This document shows positions 17,374 through 28,072 of a DNA stretch of 64,000 bases, piece after piece. The DNA is taken from assembly GCA_964454905.1 (NCBI GenBank), contig CAYVTR010000005.1, positions 6,876 through 70,875 of the forward strand, given 5' to 3'. This DNA comes from an uncultured Woeseia sp. (GTDB lineage: Bacteria; Pseudomonadota; Gammaproteobacteria; Steroidobacterales; UBA11654). Below the pieces are notes generated by a model that saw nothing but the letters and a program-made list of their open reading frames with translations, made no database searches and had not been told where the DNA came from. The position numbers and the translations under genes are program-made. Numbering within the stretch: position 1 is the first letter of the stretch; each line of letters begins with the position of its first letter.

Positions 17374-18840
17374 TTAGTCTTGCCAGAATGTGGGAGTAAA
17401 AAGCACTAGCAAGGCAAAAATCTCTAACCTGCCTAAAACCATTGCTGCAATACAAACCCATTTAGGTAGCAGAGATAAATCAGTATAGTTTACAAAGACC
17501 TCACCCAAACCAGGCCCAAGGTTGTTTAGTGAAGCAGCAACCGCTGAGAAGGCGGTTAACTCATCTACGCCAGCAGCTAAAAGAGTTAATATAAACACCA
17601 CTAAAATAGCTATATAGGCCGACATAAACCCCCAAACAGAATCCAAGATTTTTTGATTTACTCCTTTCGAGTTTATTTTTACTGCAATCTCGGCACTAGG
17701 ATGAACCAGTCGTTTGGCCTCTCTTAAGCCTTGTTTTAAAAGGATTAAACACCGAGCAACTTTTAGACCACCACCAGTGGAGCCCACACACCCACCAACA
17801 AAGCTTAATAAAAGCAATAAAAAAGGAACAAACACCGGCCAATAACCATAACCCGAAGTGGTATAGCCGGTTGTTGTTCCTATGGAGACCACCTGAAAAA
17901 ATAACTCCGTGAATGTGGTTGGTGTTTGGTTTTGAGTTTGGCTAACCAACAATGAAACCCCAGCTATAAAGACCACGGTTAACAATAAAACAATGTAAGC
18001 TTTAAACTCAGAGTCTGCCAAGTAGGTAGACAGTGCTTTGTTTTTCCAAGCAAAAAAATGCAACGAAAAATTTATCCCTGCCAACAACATAAAAATACTT
18101 GATACCCAATAAATAAACGACGAGCCTTGGAAAAAACCAAAGTTAGCATCGTGGGTTGAAAAACCCCCAATGGCGACAGTCGTCATAGCATGGCAAACCG
18201 CATCAAAAAACGACATTCCCCCAAGCAAATAACCCAAAGCACAAAAAAGGGTTAACACAATGTAGATGATAGCTAATGATCTGGCTGTTTCTTTTTGTCT
18301 TGGGGTAAGTTTTGATTTTGACATTGAGGTGGCAGCCTCTGCTTTATATAAGTGCATGCCACCAACTCCCAACATAGGCAGAATAGCAACCGCTAACACA
18401 ATAATCCCCAGACCCCCTAGCCATTGAAGTTGTGCCCTGTAAAACAACAACCCTTTTGGCAGTGAATCCAAGTTATTCATGACTGTTGCTCCTGTTGTTG
18501 TCAACCCTGAGGTAGACTCAAAGATAGCGTCAGTTATGGTGAGGTTGCTTTCAGGTAACATTAAAAAAGGAACGCTTCCAAACAAGGCCAGTATTACCCA
18601 AAACAAAGAAACAATCATAAACCCTTCATGAAGGCGAAGCTCACCGGTTGTTTTTCTGCTTGGGTACCAAATTATAAGCCCAACAAAAAGAGTGAAGAAA
18701 AATGACGCCAAAAAAGACGACGCAGTGTAGACATCATTAAACAAGCCGGCCACAAAAAAAGGCATCAACATTGATGAACTAAAAACCATTAATAACAACC
18801 CCAAGGTTTTTTGCACTGACTGAAAGTTTTTTAAGATCAT
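17374..18840 (-). CDS. trkH: Trk potassium uptake protein TrkH
   Basis: Polytopic, with repeated pore-loop motifs (TTTG, GGFS, TTTGY, GSTGGG). Start taken at MILKNFQ (18840); a GTG at 18864 is an alternative. Confidence 0.88.
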   Translation of the reverse strand: MILKNFQSVQKTLGLLLMVFSSSMLMPFFVAGLFNDVYTASSFLASFFFTLFVGLIIWYPSRKTTGELRLHEGFMIVSLFWVILALFGSVPFLMLPESNLTITDAIFESTSGLTTTGATVMNNLDSLPKGLLFYRAQLQWLGGLGIIVLAVAILPMLGVGGMHLYKAEAATSMSKSKLTPRQKETARSLAIIYIVLTLFCALGYLLGGMSFFDAVCHAMTTVAIGGFSTHDANFGFFQGSSFIYWVSSIFMLLAGINFSLHFFAWKNKALSTYLADSEFKAYIVLLLTVVFIAGVSLLVSQTQNQTPTTFTELFFQVVSIGTTTGYTTSGYGYWPVFVPFLLLLLSFVGGCVGSTGGGLKVARCLILLKQGLREAKRLVHPSAEIAVKINSKGVNQKILDSVWGFMSAYIAILVVFILTLLAAGVDELTAFSAVAASLNNLGPGLGEVFVNYTDLSLLPKWVCIAAMVLGRLEIFALLVLFTPTFWQD

Positions 18841-18873
18841 GTTCTTAGATAGGCGTAACAACACCTTACCGGT

Positions 18874-20232
18874 TTATTCAAAAATTGTTTCTATTTCTGT
18901 AATAGTATCCCTGTTGTCTATAAAAACAACCACATGATCATCCGCCTCAATAAATGTTGTGTGGTGCACTGTTTTGATTTCTCCTTGGTTTGAAACAATT
19001 GCAGTGATAAAAGAGCCCTCAGGAAGAGTAATGTCACCTACCATTTTTCCAACAACATTTGAGTTTTCATGACCATGAGCAACAGCCTCAAGAGCTTCAG
19101 CACCACCCCGTTTTAAGCTGTGCACTTTTACAACATCCCCTTTTCTTATGTGTGACAACAAAGAGCTAACAGTGATCTGTTCAGCAGAGATTGCAATATC
19201 GATACTGTCCGTTTCCATTAAACCAGAGAAGGAGTCTTTGTTGATTAAGGCCATTACTTTTTTGCTTCCCATTTTCTTTGCAACCATAGCCGAGAGAATG
19301 TTGGCCTCTTCAGAATTTGTGGTGGCTACAAACACATCATTGTTATCAATGTTTTCTTCTTTAAGAAGGGCATCATCTGAAGAATCACCTTTTAATACAA
19401 TTGTCGACTCCAGCGTTTCAGCCAGTTTTTTTGCTCGGGGTGTTGATTTTTCAATCAGTTTTACATGGTTGTTATCTTCAAGCCTCAACGCAAGCCTTAG
19501 CCCAATCCTTCCACCGCCTGCAATAACAATATTTCTTGCTTGTTCTTGGTCTTGGCTGAACTCAGTAATCATGTGGTCGATGTCTTCAGGCGCCGCAATA
19601 AAATAAACCTCATCACCTTTTCTAATAATTGTGTCGCCTTCAGGGGCAACCATCTGGCCTTCTCTGTATATGGCTGCAATCCTTACTTTTTCATTACCAA
19701 GATGGTCATGAAGATGACGAATAGGGTTGTCCACCAGAAAACCTTGTTGTTTGGTTTTAACACCAACCATCCTGATTCTGCCATCAGCAAAATCAAGCAC
19801 CTGAAAAGCACCAGGGTGTTGAATCACTTCTACAATATAGTCAGTTATCAGGTCCTCAGGGCTGATTGCAAAATCAACAGGTATGTCGTTTTCAGAGAAT
19901 AACTCTGATCTTTTTGTATAAGCAGCAGCCCTTATTCTGGCTATCTTTGTTTGGGTGTTAAACAAGGTTGAAGCAACCTGGCAGGCCACCATGTTAACCT
20001 CGTCGCTACTGGTCACAGCTATTAGTATATCGGCACTATCAGCACCGGCGGTTTTTAATGTCTTAGGGTATGAGGCGTTTCCCTCAATAACTCTTAGGTC
20101 AGATTTGCTGGCGAGTTTGTTGAGTTTCTCAGAATCAACGTCAACAACCGTCACATCATTACGCTCTTCTTTGGCCAACTGAGCTGCTGTTGTTGACCCC
20201 ACTTGCCCCGCACCTAATATTAAAATATTCAT
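18874..20232 (-). CDS. trkA: Trk system NAD-binding regulatory protein TrkA
   Basis: 452 aa. Two Rossmann motifs (ILGAGQVG and IAGGGRIG) and RCK_C domains. Confidence 0.92.
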   Translation of the reverse strand: MNILILGAGQVGSTTAAQLAKEERNDVTVVDVDSEKLNKLASKSDLRVIEGNASYPKTLKTAGADSADILIAVTSSDEVNMVACQVASTLFNTQTKIARIRAAAYTKRSELFSENDIPVDFAISPEDLITDYIVEVIQHPGAFQVLDFADGRIRMVGVKTKQQGFLVDNPIRHLHDHLGNEKVRIAAIYREGQMVAPEGDTIIRKGDEVYFIAAPEDIDHMITEFSQDQEQARNIVIAGGGRIGLRLALRLEDNNHVKLIEKSTPRAKKLAETLESTIVLKGDSSDDALLKEENIDNNDVFVATTNSEEANILSAMVAKKMGSKKVMALINKDSFSGLMETDSIDIAISAEQITVSSLLSHIRKGDVVKVHSLKRGGAEALEAVAHGHENSNVVGKMVGDITLPEGSFITAIVSNQGEIKTVHHTTFIEADDHVVVFIDNRDTITEIETIFE

Positions 20233-20250
20233 GATTCTTCGGTTTTCATT

Positions 20251-22398
20251 TTACATCAAATTTAGCTTTGTATAGCTTAAAACCAACCATTTCGTGCCTT
20301 CAGTTTCAAAATTAATTTGTGCTCTTGTGTTGTCCCCGTCTCCCTCGATTGCTATAACAACACCTTCCCCAAAAACATGGTGATGTATTCTTTGTCCTAA
20401 CAAGGATGAAGATTTGTTTTTAGAGGAGCGCTTGTGGTTTGTTTTGGTTGGGTTAGACAACACTCCTTGGTTAGAGACTTCATCAACGAGTTCTTCTGGT
20501 ATTTCATACAGAAAGCGAGACGGCTGACTGTAATTTGTTAGGCCGTGGATAAGCCTTTGGTTGGCATAACTAATATAAAGCTCTTTCATAGAACGCGTGA
20601 TGGCCACATAACATAAACGGCGCTCTTCTTCTAAACCTCCAGCCTCAATTTGTGAGCGCTGATGAGGGAATAAACCATCCTCCATGCCAGCAATAAAAAC
20701 CAATGGAAACTCCAAACCTTTTGCAGAGTGCATAGTCATCAACTGAACACTGTCTTGCCATTCGCTGGCTTGGTTCTCACCTGACTCAAGTGCAGCGTGC
20801 GACAAAAAAGACTCAAGTGGTGTCATTTCATCCTCATCCAGCATCGGACGATAACCTTGTGCTGCATTAATAAGCTCCATAATATTGTCTATTTTTGTGG
20901 CTGACTGCTCACTTTTTTTCTGTTGAAGAAAGTTAATTAACCCTGACAACTGAATGGCAGCCTCAAACTGTTCTTTAAGCGGCTTGTTTTCAGTTTCACT
21001 TTTTATTTTTTGAATTTGAGCAACAAAATTACGGACAGCATTCACGGCTCGCCCACTTATTGATGAGTGTTCTATTAATTGTGAGGCCCCTACAAAAAGC
21101 GACACACCTTCTGTTTGGGCAAAAGAGCGTATATTACTCAATGTTTTTGCACCCAAGCCTTTTGGCGGCATGCTTGATGCTCTTTCAAAAGCCAAATCAT
21201 CGTGTTGATTAACAGACAGTCTCAAATAGGCTAGGGCATCTTTAACTTCAGCCCTATCAAAAAACCTAAACCCCCCATAAACCCGATAAGGAATGGCTTG
21301 CTGAAGGAGCGCCTCCTCAATAACCCTTGACTGGGCATTAGACCTATAAAGAATGGCAATATTATTCAAACCAATTGATTTAGACTTAGTTTGAATAGTG
21401 TCAATAATATTATGCGCCTCTTCATATTCATCATAATTGGCAACAAGTTTAATTTGGGGCCCATTTTCAGCGGAGGTCCACAAGGTTTTATCAAGACGTT
21501 TATCGTTATTAGCAATTACCGCATTAGCAGCATCAAGAATCGTTTTGGTAGAGCGGTAGTTCTGCTCCATTTTAATAACCCGGGTGTTGGCGAACTCTTT
21601 TTGAAACCTTGACATGTTGGCAGAATTAGCGCCACGCCACCTATAAATGGACTGGTCGTCGTCTCCAACAACGAAAGCAGCACCGTGTTCGCCGGATAAA
21701 AGCCTAATCATTTGGTACTGTATTTCATTGGTATCTTGAAACTCATCGACAAGAATGTTTTTGAATCTTTGTTGGTAATGCTCAAGGAGGCCTTTGTTTT
21801 TGCTCAGCGTTTCATAGCAGGACAATAACAGTTCGCCAAAATCAACCAAGCCAGAACGAGAGCATCTTTTCTCATACTCTTTATAAAGTTGAATGTATTG
21901 TTTTTTACCCGGCTCCTCTTTGACTTGATTGGCTCTTAGGCCCAAGTCTTTTTGACTGTTAACAAACCACTGAACCTCTTTGGGCGGATAATAAGACTCA
22001 TCAAGAGATTGTTCTTTAATTATTTTTTTAATTTGTCTGTGTTGATCATCAGAGTCCAAAACTTGAAAACCTTGCTCAAGCCCTGCTTCTTCCCAGTGCA
22101 GCCTTAAAAATTTATGAGCCAACCCATGAAAGGTGCCAACCCACATCCCGCGAGTGTCTAAGTCCAGCATTTCGCTAATACGTTCTCGCATTTCATTGGC
22201 AGCTTTATTGGTAAAAGTGACAGCAAACACATTGAATGGTGAGGTGTTATCAACACTTATTAACCAGGCAATTCTGTGGACAAGCACCCTAGTTTTTCCG
22301 CTTCCAGCACCAGCCAGAACCATAACCGGATTAGCACCACTGGTTACAGCTTCTCTTTGCGGCTCATTCAATTGGCCAAGAATATCTTCAGGTTCCAT
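20251..22398 (-). CDS. uvrD: DNA helicase II (UvrD)
   Basis: 715 aa. Walker A AGAGSGKT, DEFQDT, and a C-terminal tail (FGEGVVIAIEGDGDNTRAQINFETEGTKWLVLSY) like E. coli UvrD. Confidence 0.9.
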   Translation of the reverse strand: MEPEDILGQLNEPQREAVTSGANPVMVLAGAGSGKTRVLVHRIAWLISVDNTSPFNVFAVTFTNKAANEMRERISEMLDLDTRGMWVGTFHGLAHKFLRLHWEEAGLEQGFQVLDSDDQHRQIKKIIKEQSLDESYYPPKEVQWFVNSQKDLGLRANQVKEEPGKKQYIQLYKEYEKRCSRSGLVDFGELLLSCYETLSKNKGLLEHYQQRFKNILVDEFQDTNEIQYQMIRLLSGEHGAAFVVGDDDQSIYRWRGANSANMSRFQKEFANTRVIKMEQNYRSTKTILDAANAVIANNDKRLDKTLWTSAENGPQIKLVANYDEYEEAHNIIDTIQTKSKSIGLNNIAILYRSNAQSRVIEEALLQQAIPYRVYGGFRFFDRAEVKDALAYLRLSVNQHDDLAFERASSMPPKGLGAKTLSNIRSFAQTEGVSLFVGASQLIEHSSISGRAVNAVRNFVAQIQKIKSETENKPLKEQFEAAIQLSGLINFLQQKKSEQSATKIDNIMELINAAQGYRPMLDEDEMTPLESFLSHAALESGENQASEWQDSVQLMTMHSAKGLEFPLVFIAGMEDGLFPHQRSQIEAGGLEEERRLCYVAITRSMKELYISYANQRLIHGLTNYSQPSRFLYEIPEELVDEVSNQGVLSNPTKTNHKRSSKNKSSSLLGQRIHHHVFGEGVVIAIEGDGDNTRAQINFETEGTKWLVLSYTKLNLM

Positions 22399-22416
22399 GG
22401 AACAGTTATTGTAGCT

Positions 22417-23406
22417 TTATCTGTATTTTATTGTGTACACGAGATTTAAAAACGACAACAGCAATAAGGCAGCAAAAGCATTGTGAGCAGTGGCCAAAGA
22501 TAAAGCGATGCCTGACCACACCATAACTATTCCAATTAACAACTGAAAAAACAAAGCCGCAGCCAAAACTAGCGCCGCGTTTTTTACCTTGGTTGAAGGG
22601 TTTTTAATGTACTTAAAAATTATAATACCTAGCCCTAGAGTAAGAGCAACAGCCCCTAAACGGTGAAAGAAATGAATGGCCGTCCTCCCTGGAGGCGACA
22701 ATAGGCCACCCTCGTAATTTTTTCCAAAAGATTGCCACATTAAAAAACCTTCGTTTATATCCATATTAGAGGGCCAGAACTGGCCATAACACAACGGCAG
22801 ATCTGGACAACCCAAAGCCGCGTAGTTAGTGCTCGTCCATCCCCCCAGTAGAATTTGTGCAATTAATAACACCAAACCAAAAGACAAAAGACCTGTGAAG
22901 CTGGCTCTTGGTATTGTTGGGGCACTAATTCTTTTTAAATAAATAAACAACAGAGATAGTGTTGAGAGCCCACCCACCAGGTGCGCCAAAACCACAAAAG
23001 GGTGAACTTTGAGAGTTACTGTCCACATTCCCAACAACCCTTGAAAAATTACCAGTAGCAACAACAACAAGGAGATTTTTAAGGAAAAGTTATTAGCAAA
23101 GGCCGCTTTATTTTTTTTAAACACCTCTGAGACAAAGAGAATTAAAATAAGCAAACCCAAGAGGCTAGCTATATATCGATGTATCATTTCCCGCCAAGCT
23201 TTTGCAGGCTCAACCACTTGGCCAGGAAACGACTGTTCAACAATGGACAGCTCATCAGCGTTTTCAGGGACACCCAAAAAACCATAACAACCGGGCCAAT
23301 CAGGACAGCCAAGCCCAGCATCTGTCAACCTGACATAAGCACCAAAAACAATCACACAGAACGCAAGAAGGGTTGTTAATGTTAAGGTGGTTTTGGTTTT
23401 TGGCAC
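22417..23406 (-). CDS. ctaA: heme A synthase (COX15/CtaA)
   Basis: 329 aa, GTG start, eight TM segments. GLGCPDWPGCYG motif and conserved His residues (HR..A). Confidence 0.85.
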   Translation of the reverse strand: MPKTKTTLTLTTLLAFCVIVFGAYVRLTDAGLGCPDWPGCYGFLGVPENADELSIVEQSFPGQVVEPAKAWREMIHRYIASLLGLLILILFVSEVFKKNKAAFANNFSLKISLLLLLLVIFQGLLGMWTVTLKVHPFVVLAHLVGGLSTLSLLFIYLKRISAPTIPRASFTGLLSFGLVLLIAQILLGGWTSTNYAALGCPDLPLCYGQFWPSNMDINEGFLMWQSFGKNYEGGLLSPPGRTAIHFFHRLGAVALTLGLGIIIFKYIKNPSTKVKNAALVLAAALFFQLLIGIVMVWSGIALSLATAHNAFAALLLLSFLNLVYTIKYR

Positions 23407-23423
23407 GAGATCTTTGGTTTGCC

Positions 23424-23792
23424 TTAGGAAGGCGTCAAGGACATAAACAGATCTCTAATATAGTAAATAAACGCCCCATCTACAGCTAGAATTCCAACCA
23501 AAGCTAATAAAAACAGTGGCGGCAGAGTTATGGCGTATAAAAACGCCATTCGCTCCCAAGCCATATGCATGAAGACACCAACCACTAATCCAGCTTTTAA
23601 AAAAGCAAAAACAGTGACCAAAAACCACCTCAGATAACCCTCGACATTCATGTAGTCAACCATATATGAAAAAGCACTTAATACGAACAGCAGTATCCAA
23701 ACACTAATATATAAACTAAAAGGATGTTCAGTTTCAGGGGCATCACCAGGATAAAAACTAGGGTGTTTAAAAGGCTTTTCTTGTTCGTTCAT
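23424..23792 (-). CDS. prokaryotic cytochrome c oxidase subunit IV family protein
   Basis: About 122 aa, three TM segments, last gene of the oxidase cluster. Start at MNEQEKP (23792), directly after the upstream stop. The longer tracked ORF overlaps the previous gene. Confidence 0.65.
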   Translation of the reverse strand: MNEQEKPFKHPSFYPGDAPETEHPFSLYISVWILLFVLSAFSYMVDYMNVEGYLRWFLVTVFAFLKAGLVVGVFMHMAWERMAFLYAITLPPLFLLALVGILAVDGAFIYYIRDLFMSLTPS

Positions 23793-23799
23793 GTTTTTC

Positions 23800-24486
23800 C
23801 TACCAAAGATAAAAGAATGCAAAAATAAATATCCAAACCAAATCGACAAAGTGCCAATACAGACCTGCGACCTCAACAATTTGATAATCATCAAGCCGAT
23901 CATAGCGACCAGCTAAAACTCGTTTAGCAATAATGCTGAGGTACACAACACCTATGGATACGTGCAGCCCATGAAAACCGGTGATCATAAAAAAGAAGCC
24001 CCCAAACTGATGGGCTCCAAACTCATTGCCCCAAGGTCTAATTCCCTCTTCAAAAATTAACTTGCTCCACTCAAACATTTGCATACCAACAAAAGCAAGA
24101 CCACCAAGAGCTGTGAGCAGAATCAACACACCTGTTTTCACCCGCTGTTTTTTATAGCCTGAAGTGACCGCCATTGCCATGGTTCCACTACTACTAATAA
24201 GAATAAACGTCATGATTGCTATCAAAAGCAATGGAATATCAGCACCACCAACATGGAGAGCAAACACCTCGCTGGTGTTTGGCCAAGGCACAGTTGTTGT
24301 TAGCCTAACCGCCATATAAGCGGATAAAAAAGAACCAAAAATAAAAGTGTCACTAACCAAAAAGATCCACATCATTGCTTTGCTCCACCGAACCTTGAAG
24401 GTTTGAACATCAGAAGACCAATCCGCCACTAATCCCTTCAAATTATCAGGGACAGAGCTTTCAAATGAAACAGGCTGACTTGACAT
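23800..24486 (-). CDS. coxP: cytochrome c oxidase subunit III
   Basis: 228 aa. Subunit III motifs FFFMITGFHGLHVSIGV and YWHFVDLVWIFIF. Confidence 0.88.
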   Translation of the reverse strand: MSSQPVSFESSVPDNLKGLVADWSSDVQTFKVRWSKAMMWIFLVSDTFIFGSFLSAYMAVRLTTTVPWPNTSEVFALHVGGADIPLLLIAIMTFILISSSGTMAMAVTSGYKKQRVKTGVLILLTALGGLAFVGMQMFEWSKLIFEEGIRPWGNEFGAHQFGGFFFMITGFHGLHVSIGVVYLSIIAKRVLAGRYDRLDDYQIVEVAGLYWHFVDLVWIFIFAFFYLW

Positions 24487-24496
24487 AAATTCCTCT

Positions 24497-25066
24497 CTAA
24501 GTGATTAAAAGTAGTCCGAACAACATAACCCAAACTAAAAGCATGTAATGCCAGTAGGCACCAAGAAGACCAATGGATTCAGGTTTTAAAATGGACGCAT
24601 CTTGTTTAAATGTTTTTAAGGTGACATAAAACCAAGCCACTACCCCACCAAGAACATGCAAGGCGTGAAGCGCTGTGATCAAATAAAAAAAAGTGTTTGC
24701 AGGATTTATAGCCAAGAAAAACCCTGACGCTGTTAGTTGTTGCCAAGCCCATATTTGGCCAGAAATAAAAACAACAGCAAACAGACCACCCACAGCTAAA
24801 CCAACTTTTATAGTTTGTATATTAGTTTTTTTAGCACCACTTTTTGCCCAAGCCATCCCCACACTTGCTAAAATTAAGGCACCGGTGTTTACCCACAAAA
24901 GAGAGGGAACTGGCACCGACCTCCAGTCTTCAAAGTTCATTCTAAACAGGTAAGCATTAGTGATAAATAAAAAGAGTATCGAGATTACTGTCATTAACGT
25001 GTAAACAAACACCTGTCCATGGGTTAACCCCATAAAGCGCTCTTCATTGTTTGTGATGTTGTTCAT
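24497..25066 (-). CDS. coxO: cytochrome c oxidase subunit III-like protein (second, shorter copy)
   Basis: 189 aa, five TM segments. FYLITALHALHVLGGV and YWHYMLLVWVMLF resemble subunit III. Confidence 0.75.
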   Translation of the reverse strand: MNNITNNEERFMGLTHGQVFVYTLMTVISILFLFITNAYLFRMNFEDWRSVPVPSLLWVNTGALILASVGMAWAKSGAKKTNIQTIKVGLAVGGLFAVVFISGQIWAWQQLTASGFFLAINPANTFFYLITALHALHVLGGVVAWFYVTLKTFKQDASILKPESIGLLGAYWHYMLLVWVMLFGLLLIT

Positions 25067-25075
25067 AGTTTTTAT

Positions 25076-26806
25076 TTAGGTAATTTGCTCATCAGGAACA
25101 TTTTGTGGAACAAAGTCAGCAGTAGCCCCAGGCAGTCCATAATCATAGGGCCATCTATAAACCACTGGCAGTTGATCTCCCCAGTTTCCATGTCCTGGAG
25201 GCGACTCTAACGCCTGCCATTCTAGTGTGCATGCTCCCCATGGGTTTGAGCCTGCTTTTTCCCCACGAACAGCGCTCACAACAAGGTTGTACAAGAAAAT
25301 AAATTGAGCGGCCCCTACAATTAACGCACAAACAGTAATAAATTGATTGAGGTCATTAACTGATTGAGGAATGAAATCATATTGCTCATTAGAGTAATAT
25401 CGTCTTGGCACCCCTAAAAAACCAATATAATGCATTGGGAAATAAACCAGATAGGTGCCTATAAAGGTAATCCAAAAATGTATCTTACCTAAGCGGTCAT
25501 CAAGCATTCTTCCGGTAACCGAAGGGAACCAATGAACTAGCCCTCCATAAAGTGCTAACACTGGTGAGACCGCCATCACCATATGAAAATGTCCGACCAC
25601 AAAATAAGTGTCTGATAGTGGCACATCAACAGCCACATTCCCAAGAAAAAGACCGGTTAAACCACCAATTAGAAAAGTAATCAAAAACGCTAAACAATAA
25701 AGCATTGGTACCGTCATTCTAATGTTTGCGTTCCACAAAGTAATAACCCAGTTATATACTTTTATTGCTGTTGGTACCGCAATAATCAAAGTCGTTGTTG
25801 CAAAAAAGAAACCCAGATAAGGGTTCATGCCCGCAACATACATATGGTGAGCCCAAACAATAAAAGCTATTCCGGCAATGGCAATAAGTGCCCACACCAT
25901 CATGTTGTAACCAAAAATATTTTTTCTAGCATGACAACTTATAAGCTCAGAAATGATGCCAAAAGCAGGAAGCGCTATAATATAAACTTCAGGATGCCCA
26001 AAAAACCAAAATAAGTGTTGGAATAAAATCGGGCTACCGCCGCCATAATCTAAAACTTCTCCGCCCTTAAAAATTTCAGGCATAAAAAAACTTGTCTCTA
26101 GAACACGATCAAAAATCAACATAATCGCCCCAACAAGTAAGGCAGGAAAAGCCAACAAACCAAGGAAAGTGGCTAAAAACAGACACCAAATAATTAAAGG
26201 CATTCTCATCATGCTCATGCCCTTTGCTCTAGACTGAAGGACGGTGGTGATATAGTTTAATCCACCCATAGTGAAAGCAATAATAAACACCGCCAACGAG
26301 CCCAACATTAAAAGAATGCCTGCGCCATCAGCACCTGGAGTGCCTTCTAAAATTGACTGAGGCGGGTACAGTGTCCAACCGGCCCCGGTCGGGCCGCTTT
26401 CAACAAAAAAACTACAAACCAGGATAATAACCGACAGGAAGTAAACCCAAAAACTCAACATATTCACAAAAGGAAAGGCCATGTCTCTTGAGCCCAGCAT
26501 CAGTGGTATCAAATAGTTACCAAAACCACCTAGAAACAATGCTGTAAGCAAATAAATCACCATTATCATTCCATGCATGGTTACATCTTGATAATAACTT
26601 CCTGCATCAATGGATTCAAATAACCCCGGAAACCCAAGTTGCATTCTCATCATTAATGACAAAAACATTCCTGTTAGTCCGATTGCTAGAGCTACACAAA
26701 TATATTGTAAGGCAATTACTTTATGGTCTTGAGAGAAAACATAGCGACCCCACCAACTCTTTGGGTGATGGAGAGGTTGTCCCTCGTACATTGCGTTTTG
26801 TTCCAT
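25076..26806 (-). CDS. coxN: cytochrome c oxidase subunit I
   Basis: 576 aa. WFFGHPEVYI, VWAHHMY and GHFHMV heme-copper ligand motifs. Confidence 0.95.
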   Translation of the reverse strand: MEQNAMYEGQPLHHPKSWWGRYVFSQDHKVIALQYICVALAIGLTGMFLSLMMRMQLGFPGLFESIDAGSYYQDVTMHGMIMVIYLLTALFLGGFGNYLIPLMLGSRDMAFPFVNMLSFWVYFLSVIILVCSFFVESGPTGAGWTLYPPQSILEGTPGADGAGILLMLGSLAVFIIAFTMGGLNYITTVLQSRAKGMSMMRMPLIIWCLFLATFLGLLAFPALLVGAIMLIFDRVLETSFFMPEIFKGGEVLDYGGGSPILFQHLFWFFGHPEVYIIALPAFGIISELISCHARKNIFGYNMMVWALIAIAGIAFIVWAHHMYVAGMNPYLGFFFATTTLIIAVPTAIKVYNWVITLWNANIRMTVPMLYCLAFLITFLIGGLTGLFLGNVAVDVPLSDTYFVVGHFHMVMAVSPVLALYGGLVHWFPSVTGRMLDDRLGKIHFWITFIGTYLVYFPMHYIGFLGVPRRYYSNEQYDFIPQSVNDLNQFITVCALIVGAAQFIFLYNLVVSAVRGEKAGSNPWGACTLEWQALESPPGHGNWGDQLPVVYRWPYDYGLPGATADFVPQNVPDEQIT

Positions 26807-26841
26807 TGTTGTCGTTATTCCTCCTAAAAATTATATGCGAA

Positions 26842-27924
26842 CTACTTCGACAAAGTTTTAATATAATCAGCAATAGCATCCAGCTCCTCATCAGAAAGAG
26901 TAGCGTACGCAGGCATTATAGGAGCATAACCGCTGGCTATACTAGCTGCTGGATTAACAATTGATTCTTTTATATAAGACTCGTCAACCGTCACAAGTTC
27001 ACCGCTCGCAAGCTCTCTGGTTGATCCAAAGCTGTCTTTCCATGTTGGTCCAATGCCATTAACTCCATTGTCACTATGACAAGCAACACAACCAAGAGTT
27101 TGTGCGATTTGCTTCCCTTTTCCTTTAACTCCCTCATTTAAGGTTTGTGCAAACGTTGGTTGTTGACTTAGCCACGTTTGAAAGTCTTCTGCTGCTTCCA
27201 CAGTAATCACACCTCTCATTGCGTAATGCCCTGTTCCACAATATTCGGCACAAGCAACCTCGTAAGTGCCCACAGCTGTCGGCACAAACCATAGGTTTGA
27301 TTGTTGACCAGGCACCAGATCCATTTTGGCTCTGAACTGAGGGATATAAAAATCATGCAAAACATCTTTGGATCTTAATTGCATAATAATGTTTTCATTT
27401 ATTGGAAGACGCACTTCCGCGGACCTTATTAAAACATCATCCAAACTATTGGGGTCGTTTGGATCGAGCCCAAAAGTGTTTTTTGAACTAAATAAGCGGC
27501 CATTAGTGTTGCCATAAACCCCGTCTTCACCTGGGAAGCGGTAGCTCCAAACCCACTGTTGACCAACCGCCTCTACTTCAATCCCTTCATCAGGAAGAGC
27601 AATATAGTCATTCCAAGCAATTAAACCAGGGGCCAACAAAACAATCACACCAACCGTAGTAATCGCTGTTAACCAAAGTTCTAGCTTTGTGTTTTCTGGT
27701 TCATATTCAGACTTATGCCCTTCTTTATAAGGGAACTTAATAACACAGTAGATAATAAAACCCGACACCAAAACAAAAGCTACACCGGTAACCCATAATG
27801 AAATAATAATGGTTTGATCAAGAGAGCCCCAATTAGAAGCTAGCGGGGTAAACCACCACGGGGAAACAGCGTTCCAAAGAACCGTTCCGATTACAATGAT
27901 TGTGGCAACAATTACAAAAGCCAT
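26842..27924 (-). CDS. coxM: cytochrome c oxidase subunit II with fused C-terminal cytochrome c domain (caa3 type)
   Basis: 360 aa. Two N-terminal TM segments, CuA site CAEYCGTGHYAM, C-terminal CVACH heme c motif. Confidence 0.92.
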   Translation of the reverse strand: MAFVIVATIIVIGTVLWNAVSPWWFTPLASNWGSLDQTIIISLWVTGVAFVLVSGFIIYCVIKFPYKEGHKSEYEPENTKLELWLTAITTVGVIVLLAPGLIAWNDYIALPDEGIEVEAVGQQWVWSYRFPGEDGVYGNTNGRLFSSKNTFGLDPNDPNSLDDVLIRSAEVRLPINENIIMQLRSKDVLHDFYIPQFRAKMDLVPGQQSNLWFVPTAVGTYEVACAEYCGTGHYAMRGVITVEAAEDFQTWLSQQPTFAQTLNEGVKGKGKQIAQTLGCVACHSDNGVNGIGPTWKDSFGSTRELASGELVTVDESYIKESIVNPAASIASGYAPIMPAYATLSDEELDAIADYIKTLSK

Positions 27925-28072
27925 AAATACCCTTTATACATAAAGCTAACCAACCAATTTGATCGCATGCATTATCCATAAAAAAAGAGAAGAATACAAT
28001 GACTTAAACAAAATCAAAATCACTCAAATTAAAACACCCTTTACCTAAAAGGTTTTATCAGTATTTGTTGGC

